Shown: positions 1-7,499 of the stretch, in pieces
Layout of the letters: each line of letters opens with the position of its first letter
Numbering within the stretch: position 1 is the first letter of the stretch
Assembly (NCBI GenBank): GCA_010909165.1
Contig: VJWM01000432.1
Location: forward strand, 1 to 7,993
Direction of reading: 5' to 3'
DNA length: 7,993 nucleotides
Source of the DNA: Anthoceros angustus
Lineage: Eukaryota > Plantae > Anthocerotophyta
Position numbers and translations under genes: made by a program
Notes under the pieces: generated by a model
The model's input: only the letters and a program-made list of their open reading frames with translations
The model's database searches: none
What the model was told of the DNA's origin: nothing

Positions 1-1184
1 TGCCCATCTCCCAAGAAGCCCTGACGGAAGAGCCAGCTGTGCTGGCTAGCTACTCGCAGGCAGTCCAGTGACATTTTGGAGATTGTGGTCAGCTTGCTCG
101 TCTTTGGAAGAAGGATCTACCTCTGCAAGACTCTGTTTGGGCTACTCAGGGTGGCTTTTGTGCTGGATGCCACCGATGCTTGCAAAAAGCAACTGGAGCT
201 GAAGATTGGGACTCAGTTGATGCGGCCACCCTCGATAATATTCTGGTCCCTTACGCTTCCCCCGCGCAATTGCGCGCCCCTGTATGACGTGGACCTGGTT
301 TTGATTGGTGATTGTTTCCTCAAGGATCGGAGAGGCTTTGTTGGAGGCTTCGCTGGCTGCTGAGAAGAAACAGGAAAATGGGTTCCTTGCTTGGTTGTTC
401 GACACCCATAAGGACAATTCCAGGATGTTGGATGAACATATTGGTCCCTTCGGAGTGCAGAAGGCCTTGTACGCGGTGGGGATCTTTTGACAAATTTGAG
501 TTGAGTGAAATCGCTGCGGATGTGCACCTGAACGCCCCTAAGTTTGAAGCACTTGCTGGAGCACTTCCAGACTTTGCGAGGTGTTGTCATGATGGACTGT
601 ATAGAGCCATCGATATTTATCTCGAGGTAATGTCACTCATTCCATCATCCTGTCAATGCTTCCAACCAGTTCAGACAATCCTGGATGGGAAGTGCCTTTT
701 CATTGTTATGCTCTTGTTGAGACTCTCTGCTGACGACTGTGCTTCCTATGTTTTTGCAGGCGCATCCCAACGTTGATGAGTCCGAAGCAGGTGAGCCTGT
801 GGGGTCCTCAATCACAGAAGCTATCCATGGACACTTGCAAGCATCTTACCAAGAACAAAACTTTCCGCCTTTGCTGAGTTTGCAAGTATTACTGGCACAA
901 CAGATTCAGCTAAGGTCAGCAGTTGCAGCTGTTTACACAAGGAAGAAGAAAAAGGTGGCCTGGGCAACAGTGGACTGGTGGGCAAGATTTTCGATTCTGG
1001 TAACCTTGTTCCCGACGGAGGTGCAGGAGTCCACAGAATGAGAGATGTCTGTCAGCAAAACGACGACTTGAAGCTCAATTTGAGGCAAGTGCAATCCAGG
1101 GTTGATGAGCTGGAGAAGTTGTGCAAGAGAATGCGTCTGGAGATGGCCAAACACACGAAGGCCAGGAGGCGACTTATCTGCTGA
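1..1184 (+). CDS. NPH3/RPT2-like (NRL) family protein, 3' part (NPH3 domain plus C-terminal coiled coil), most like the At3g22104/At3g19850-type subgroup; 5'-truncated by the window; multiple frameshifts; exons <1-626 and 760-1184
   Basis: Stitching frames gives the NPH3-domain motifs in order: DILEIVVSLL, KTLFGLLRVAF..ATDACKKQLELKIGTQL, DAATLDNILVP, LYDVDLV, LSEIAADVHLNAPKFEALAGALPDFARCCHDGLYRAIDIYLE|AHPNVDESE, CGVLNH-KLSMDTCKHLTKN, FPPLLSLQVLLAQQ. A coiled coil QNDDLKLNLRQVQSRVDELEKLCKRMRLEM follows, ending ARRRLIC* (TGA 1182-1184). The phase-0 intron between YLE and AHP is at the position typical of NRL genes. The subgroup call rests on recalled motifs (KHLxxNxxFP), not on a search. Confidence 0.93.
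627..759 (+). other. Spliceosomal intron (133 bp, phase 0) of the NRL gene
   Basis: GAG|GTAATG donor at 627 and TTTTTGCAG|GCG acceptor ending at 759. Removing it joins IDIYLE to AHPN. Confidence 0.9.
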
Positions 1185-1499
1185 AGTTCTCCAGAGTCTG
1201 CTTTTTCGGATTTGCGGAAGCACACACATTTAGCTGCGGCTATGTACATACATTTGAGCTGACGATAGGATCGACATGCTTCTGAAAAGTAGGTCAGTAG
1301 GTCCCAAAGGACAAATGTTACAGCACTCCTTGTAAGATATAAGATATCAGGCACCTTGCCATCACAAAGAATTTTCCGCATAACTCCGTGTTTTGTTTTA
1401 GGTAGTACTTGACAGGCTCTTGCCGTATGAACGAGTGACGTGTAGCTGCAGAGATATGTTCGGGTTTTTGTCCACGAGAAAGATACGAAAAGACTTTGT

Positions 1500-3163
1500 T
1501 CAGCCTAACTGTTTTAGGTTAACAGTGGTCAGAAGCTGGCATGATGTTGCCCAGGCCAGAAAGGAGCTCATCTCATGCAGACTGCATGGCTGACAAAAGC
1601 AGTGACATTCGCTGGGGAATCTACATCAACGAAAGCGTCTTAATATAGACTCTCTCCTCCATCCAAAGGGATAGGAACGCCTTGGAAGCGCATGAAAGGA
1701 CAAATGCTGGGCTTTAAGGTGCATACATATGTGTAGAGACCTGATGCTGTTCCACTTGCAACCGGAGCCTCGGAAAACCCCCTCGTGCGTGTGACTTTCA
1801 AGAAGTGTCAGGCCATGTGTTGGGATGAAAGGGTCCTGGTTGACTGACAGGTCTACCAGTCTTCATCATCCTGTGGCACCATCTATAAGGAGGACTGTGT
1901 TCGGCAGGCCACTAGTTCAGGAAATGCGTTCTAAGAGTACCTTGGATCAGCAGGCCCCGCCTTGTCATGCTGCAAAATTTCCTCCAATTGCGAGCTGGGT
2001 TGGCATGAAAATCGGTGACCAGTGTGCTTATGAACAGATTCCCAGATTCCACCTCTATGTGGTCGATGGAGTACTACTATGGAGACGACAGCGCTTCCTG
2101 GTGGAAGAGAGAACTTGAAGATGGAGTCAGGCACCTCCATAGAGGAGTGTGATCCGTCAGAAGGTAGGCCCACTGGCAGTTAAAGGAGAGTTCCAAGAAT
2201 GTGCAAGCCAGAGCGTCACCTCAGGCAATCGCATTTGCAGCGTCAGCAGTACGTGATCAGCGTGCACCCATTCTTCTTCTTGTCAGCCAAGCACAGACAA
2301 GCTCCAAACTGGATTGTGTACAAACTTCAAGCTGGAATTGCAGTGTATTGATGAACAAGCTCGCGTTTGATGGTTTGATGGTGACCTGTAGACGCTTCCA
2401 ATGGGAGACAGAAGGCGGAGGTTAGGTCTTCACCTGGATTCTTGTTTCTCTGCACAGTTATCTTTTGAAACACTGCCCTAATAGCTGTCCCTCGCCACCA
2501 GACTTCTAGTTGAGCTGAATAACTACCCATTTCACGTGAACTTGGTCACCAAAGGACATTACTAAAGAGCTGGCGGTGTTCAAAGCATCCTTGAACGATT
2601 TCTCCTCATGGGTCCCGATCCCCTACAGTGCCGACATTCTCCAGGTTTTGAAGCTGGTACAACTCGTTCGTTCAGTCAGCATTCCTTGTATGCAACCAGG
2701 CGAGACTTCTCGTCAACAACGCTGCTGATCAAGGGAAGCAATACAAGTGCTCAATTCCATCTCCACCAAATGTGCACTGCTGAAACGAAAACGCAGCGAG
2801 GTGGACAGTGAAGGGTCGAATCGGTGTTCTTGATCATGAATTTGCAGCATGGATGGCTGAGCTCCTTGCATCATGGCTTTTGGATAGACAACATGCTACT
2901 GGCCAATGCTGGATGCTAGAAGCTGCAGCACCTAGTAGTCTGTGCTTAGCACATACTGCACCGAAGTGAGCAGAGATACAATGTGCAACCATAAGTTATG
3001 CGTGGAATTGGTTTGAGATGAAAGCAGGGGCTGGGGGACGTGCCTACATTGCAAATTACCGGACCAGGTCCGACTCGATGTTGTTTGAGGGCCTGCGGTT
3101 AGATGCTGCAGAGAGGGCTTTGAAGGCCGCGCGCCGCTGACAAATCATAAGTTGAAGTATCAT
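1500..3163 (-). CDS. Putative multi-exon protein-coding gene of unknown function (about 6 exons: ~3163-3060, 2955-2434, 2385-2220, 2172-1941, 1882-1741, 1680-~1500), frameshifted
   Basis: Five candidate GT-AG introns on the minus strand: 3059-2956, 2433-2386, 2219-2173, 1940-1883 and 1740-1681. Most have pyrimidine-rich 3' ends. Protein-like segments lie between them, e.g. RPFTVHLAAFSFQQCTFGGDGIEHLYCFP, LISSVVDEKSRLVAYKEC, THEEKSFKDALNTASSLVMSFGDQVHVKWVVIQLN, EEEWVHADHVLLTLQMRLPE|WAYLLTDHTPLWRCL (in frame across intron 2219-2173), LVDLSVNQDPFIPTHGLTLLES and GVPIPLDGGESLY. Start, stop and several phases are uncertain, and no family is recognised. Confidence 0.55.
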
Positions 3164-3191
3164 GCACCTTATAATTCCTCTGCAGGCGACC

Positions 3192-4540
3192 ATGGCGGGG
3201 GCAGCCAAGAGAGCTGCTAACATAGCCAAAGAGAGAATGGTTGAGCTTGAATACAAATTCACACATCTCCAGTTATGCTCAAAGGCATACCACACAGCCG
3301 CAGAGATCAAGATCCAGAGAAACAGGACGGCCATCAGAGCAGCCAAGATCGAGAATCGGCACATGAGCGTATTGAATGCCCTGTTGGAAGCTGAGCGATG
3401 CAGCTTCAAGAAGCGACATGAACAGGATGATTGAACGAGTGAAGCTACTGCAGAGTTTACGACGAGCAGAAGGATCTGGTAATGAACAAGCAGAATCAAC
3501 TCGAGAGCCAGATCACAGAGGCGAACTGCGCGGACCTTGATTTGAAGGGAATTGAACAGACAGGGGCCCAATCAGTAGGTTTGAGGCGCTCCTTTCATTC
3601 ACAACAAGATCAAGGCATCTCAGGATTTGCGCAAGAGCTACGGGCACAGTGACCTGATGCGAAGACTGCGCTGCATTTGAGCTGCAAATGGCAGCGCTGG
3701 AGACGACTTTGAAGAGAAAAGAGTACCAGCTGACACAGCTCATTCTTGTACTGCGACTCGGAAAGGGCTCGCAATGCATCCAAGATCGAGCTTGATGAGC
3801 TGCTGTTAGGCTACTGCTTCTCAGAGAAGCGGGTGCCCGACACTCGGGCGGAGCAGAAGGAGATGGATGTGGAGATCTCCAAGATCGTCAAAGAGTTCAA
3901 CGAACCGAACATGAGGGAGGTTGTTTTGCAGCCCTGGAGCAGGAGAAGAGGTCGCAGTACTACGCCAAGATGTACAAGGAGTTGATGGAGCTGCAAATGA
4001 ACCCAACACAGCGGAGCAGAGACGGTTGATGAGGAGGAACATCGTGATTCCCAAGTGATGGATGATGATGGGAATCGAGCCCGGTAGCAGGCCTTCTATG
4101 CCGCCACATTGGCGTCCACGGTGTCGCACACTCAGGAGACGATCCACAGGATAGACCGGACGTGGCCTGAAGAGAGCCAGGCACTCCGGGAACCTTATCT
4201 CCATGCTCACCGGCACCAAGCGGCTGGTGGACAAAATTCTGCTCGGGGAATTCTACAGGCGTGGACGAGAACTCAGAGAGTGTTGAGGTGCAAGAGGGCG
4301 CTGGTGGTCCTGCTGAAGGAGGTGTACAACAAGGTGAAAGCGACCAAGGCCGAGAAGGATAAGAGAGATAGTGAGAAGGCACGCGAGGAACGGTACAACC
4401 AGCCGCGGAATTCGACCCTCACCGTGCAGAAATCGAGGCCGAAGTGCACAGTTGGCTCAACCTGCTGAGAAGAGGCACTGGAAATGCAAGAAGGAGGCTT
4501 AGGGCTGAGGCCTTGGCGCCACCACCAACCTGATCAATGA
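3192..4540 (+). CDS. Long coiled-coil protein resembling the CCDC151/ODAD3 (Chlamydomonas ODA10/DC1-type) outer dynein arm docking family; apparently single coding exon; frameshifted
   Basis: ATG at 3192 (accATGGCG). The stitched translation includes ERMVELEYKFTHLQLCSKAYHTAAEIKIQRNRTAIRAAKIENRHM, which fits the recalled family N-terminal pattern ELxxKfxLLxxxxKAY/F...IxxNxxtIxxlkxEN. It also includes ISRFEALL..IHNKIKASQDLRKSY, AAFELQMAALETTLKRKEYQLTQLIL, DSERARNASKIEL and ISKIVKEFNEPNMREVVLQALEQE, collinear with the central coiled coil of that family. The stop is at 4531-4533 or 4538-4540 depending on frame. Coding status is well supported; the family assignment is by eye and coiled coils can mislead. 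Confidence 0.6.
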
Positions 4541-4917
4541 ACATAGCGGGAAGTAGGCTGTGGACAGGAGAATTGAGAATTACCCTTGTACGATTGCTGC
4601 ACCTGGATTCATGACAGAGATCGAATGTTTGGTGCAGTATGTAACTGACACAAGCCAGTTGCGTGATGCTTCCGAGCGGAGGACAAAGGAGAGATATTCT
4701 ATTGCGCTAGCGAAGTGACCCACCATTTCATATTCTATCAGAAGGTTTGGATATCCCTCAAAGGGGTCCACAAAACTTTAGGCACAGTACGCTGAGATCA
4801 CGGAGATTGCAGCCTGACACTTTCCTATGTGACACTCTACACCAGAGTGTGTGCTCACTCTTACGCTAGCCACTGACAGCTGCTGCAGGCAGATGTGATG
4901 TTACCTTCTCCTCCAGC

Positions 4918-6450
4918 CTACAGAAGCTTGGGTCCAGGCTTGCTATTCACAAAGTCCCAGTGCTCGTAAATTCCATTCACGAAGTCGTAATATGCACCGT
5001 GAAGTTGCACACCGCCGTCTTCGAGAGCCTTGGTATGGAATGGGCAAGTAAGCGTTGGCGAGCGACAGATTCACCGCTTCCTGCCACACACAAAACACAA
5101 GGCCAGCGGATGAGAGCTTGTGATGAGGCATCCTGAGCCGTATCATGTCGACTTGCAACTATACTGGTACTGGTACCGGTACCCACCCTTTCTGCGAACC
5201 GCAGCTTTTCGTCCTTGGGAGCATCCTTGAGCCCTCCTCCGTCTTGGTGTAGACGTCGGCAATGTTGGTCCAATCCTCAACAAATTCGTGACTGATGCAC
5301 CAGCAGGCCAAAAGTCAGTGAGAGCAGACCTCTGGCGTTTGAAGCATGGTCAGTCGACTGAGCTGAAAGCAATAGCACTTACTTGCAGTTGGCCTTGCCT
5401 CCTGCGTGTGTAGGAGATTGGCGATGCCCCTACAGCTGTGGTGTCCATTCACTATGATGTGCTGCACCTGGAGATTGATAACAGGATAACAGGAGGAGGG
5501 GAAGGAGGATCAGCAGCAGGACAGAGAGAGTTGCTGACGAGCTTCATCGCATTTGAAGACTGTTCTCACCTTGAGGTGCTTGACAGCGTATTCGAGAGCA
5601 GAACTGACGCTGGGGTATCCGCCCTGCAAAACCCAATCAAAGCCCCGTTTGTGTGTGAGTTGCTAGCAAGGAAGCAGGGGCCAGCTCAGCCAAAATTCTC
5701 ACACCTTCTCGTAAGCGGGAACCAGGTTGGCGACATTGCGGATGACGAAAGCTTCCCCAGGCTCCAGCCCCAGGATGGTGGCAGGGCCACACGGAGTCTG
5801 CGCACGTGATGATCATGAACTGAAGGCAGACAGACAGTACAAACATGTCTTTAGAACATGGGCCGCCCGTATCGTATCGATCGCACAATCAAGAACGTCT
5901 GTAGTATGTACTTGCAGCAGTTTCTCACCTTGGGCCACTGCCCCGTCTTCAAAGTCTGGTACCTGTCCTCCTTCCTGAAAGGACACAGCAACACCGCCAA
6001 GTCCAAGGGCAGCTGATGAGTCACCTTCACCAATGCACCAGTGCTAGCAACACCAGCTCACATCGAATGAAACGGCAGTAACTTTGTACAACAACACGTA
6101 CGAGAACTTCTGTCTTGAACTTGCTGAAGGCCGCCGCCAGGTCCCCAATCGGGTGCTTGATTCGGTTTCCTGCGGGGCCGGGGCAGTCTCCGCTCCAAGC
6201 TTTCAGCAACTGCCAGAAGCTTCTTCGCTGCCACATCCGTAGATGAGGGGCCGCCCTGCATTCCACCCCAACAAATTGCTGAGCTCTGAGACTCCCGCAT
6301 TCCGCCCCACGTGCAACAGCAACAAACCACCTGAGGCATCGCCACCCGCAATCGCACACCACAAATTCAGCGATGGTGGCACTGCAGTGCTTACTTGATG
6401 CGGGAGAAGATGCGGGCCTGAGCGTCGAAGAAGGAGTCGGAGCCCGCCAT
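4918..6450 (-). CDS. BCA: Beta-class carbonic anhydrase (plant type), 8 coding exons: 6450-6395, 6255-6102, 5974-5929, 5819-5705, 5623-5570, 5467-5383, 5291-5187, 5080-4918; several 1-2 nt deletions
   Basis: Spliced, frame-corrected translation: MAGSDSFFDAQARIFSRIK..DVAAKKLLAVAESLE..AFSKFKTEV|KEDRYQTLKTGQWPK|FMIITCADS(R)V(C)PATILGLEPGEAFVIRNVANLVPAYEK|GGYPSVSSALEYAVKHLK|VQHIIVNGHHSCRGI..|HEFVEDW..FAER|EAVNLSLAN(L)LTCPF..LHGAYYDFVNGIYEHW..KLL*. The Zn ligands Cys (5804-5802), His (5443-5441) and Cys (5434-5432) are present. All 7 introns are GT-AG and fall at positions typical of plant beta-CA genes. Confidence 0.96.
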
Positions 6451-6483
6451 TGCCGTAGTAGCGCTGCCCCTGAGCCGCGAAAT

Positions 6484-6918
6484 CTGCGAGAGCCAAACCA
6501 AGATCAGAAGGCGATTTCACACCCCACGACACGACACCGCAGCTGCTGCCGCTCCTGCTCCGACGATCCCTCTAGGTCGGAACATTCCGGATGCGAACAA
6601 CCGGGCTCGGGCACCGCGAAGAGCCCGCACTCAGAGACAAGCAGAAACTGAGGCTGCACCGATTGAAGCCGACGGAACCCATCGGCCATACGGCCGTGGC
6701 TCGGTCAGCCTTCCGTCCGGCAAGACTGCCGTCCCATCAGTCACTCACTCACTACAGTCAGCCAGCCACTCAGTGAAGTCAGGCAGGCACGCAGTCAACA
6801 ACGGCGATGGCAATGCCTGGCTGCGCAAGAGCAGAGGGGAAACGCGGCAGCTCGGAGGCTGGATTTGGAACGCAGCTGGTGCAGCTGGTGCAGCTGGAAT
6901 TGGGTGCAGATGAATCAC
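6484..6918 (-). other. First intron (435 bp) of the beta-CA transcript, in the 5' UTR or leader
   Basis: CCAG|GTGATT donor at 6918 and TTGGCTCTCGCAG| acceptor ending at 6484, 33 nt upstream of the ATG at 6450. Confidence 0.65.
6872..6897. repeat. Tandem 9-mer (GCAGCTGGT) x ~3
   Basis: Directly visible: gcagctggt gcagctggt gcagctgg. Each unit contains the palindrome CAGCTG. Confidence 0.9.
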
Positions 6919-7059
6919 CTGGCGAGGCGAGGGAGGCAGCGCAGCACAGCACAGCTGAGCAGCAAGAGGCAGAGGCAGAGGAAGAGGCAGAAGGCAGAGG
7001 CCTGAGTCACAAGTGAAAGCCAGGGAGGCCGGGTCCTTTTGTCCTGCCAGCCTGTCCAT
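6919..7059 (-). other. Upstream exon of beta-CA: CT-rich 5' UTR, or coding for an N-terminal extension from ATG 7059
   Basis: Pyrimidine-rich Y-patch-like sequence on the minus strand ends at a good donor. The 141 nt from ATG 7059 to the donor are stop-free and in phase with the main ATG after splicing. Confidence 0.5.
6965..7001. repeat. Imperfect (AGAGGC)n hexamer array, CT-rich on the beta-CA sense strand
   Basis: agaggc agaggc agagga agaggc agaaggc agaggc, about 6 units. It reads LPLPLPLP in the putative extension frame. Confidence 0.85.
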
Positions 7060-7499
7060 CGTCTATCCCGACCGGTTGCACATGTGGCTCCCACGGTCGT
7101 GCCGCTCGTTCCGCGACAATGAAGCTCGATTATGGATTACCCATCCCGTTCGCTCCAAGCGCCAGACTGCCGCCAGATTACATCAAAGGGAAACGCAGCG
7201 TGATCCGCTTAAAATGGTATCCGACGTTAGTGGCGGGTGGATGTCCTGGTATCCTGACGTGCCGCCTCAATCGCGCCACTTTCACCAATTTTCTTAGCCA
7301 CTCTGCTGATGTTACGGTACTGCCACTGCCACCCACTTGCTGGCTCACGTGAACTCCTCCATCCCTCCATCGCTTCGGGAGATAGGGACTATCACACTTT
7401 CCTTACACAATTTATTTAGCAATTTCAAATTTTCAGCATTTAAAACAATCCAGCAAATATTTAAATTTGATGATTGCACCTTTTTATGCCCACGGCTTG

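Noticed and set aside
2240-2351. Plus-strand peptide QQYVISVHPFFFLSAKHRQAPNWIVY, resembling the DEAH-helicase C-terminal HPxS..PxWxVY motif
   Set aside because: No other helicase motifs flank it and the frame stops soon after. The minus strand gives a more coherent exon-intron chain over the same bases.
3056-3571. 171-aa minus-strand ORF, the longest in the track
   Set aside because: Most of it is the antisense shadow of the coiled-coil gene. Only the last ~35 codons (to the donor at 3059) plausibly belong to the unknown minus-strand gene.
5162-5183. TACTGG tandem units and GGTACCGGTACC palindrome beside a beta-CA donor site
   Set aside because: A very short intronic slippage repeat with no evidence of function.
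5438-5809. 123-aa plus-strand ORF and the other plus-strand ORFs between 5727 and 7016
   Set aside because: They are antisense to well-supported beta-CA exons and introns, have no recognisable domain, and are expected by chance in GC-rich sequence.
1-6450. Interpretation as a cluster of four pseudogenes
   Set aside because: Disfavoured rather than excluded. The damage appears to be mostly small deletions with splice sites and most conserved residues preserved, which fits sequencing error better than neutral decay.
7119-7352. 77-aa plus-strand ORF (MKLDYGLPIPFAPSARLPPDY...)
   Set aside because: It is short, has no recognised motif or splice support, and lies in the probable beta-CA promoter region. 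It cannot be supported without a search.
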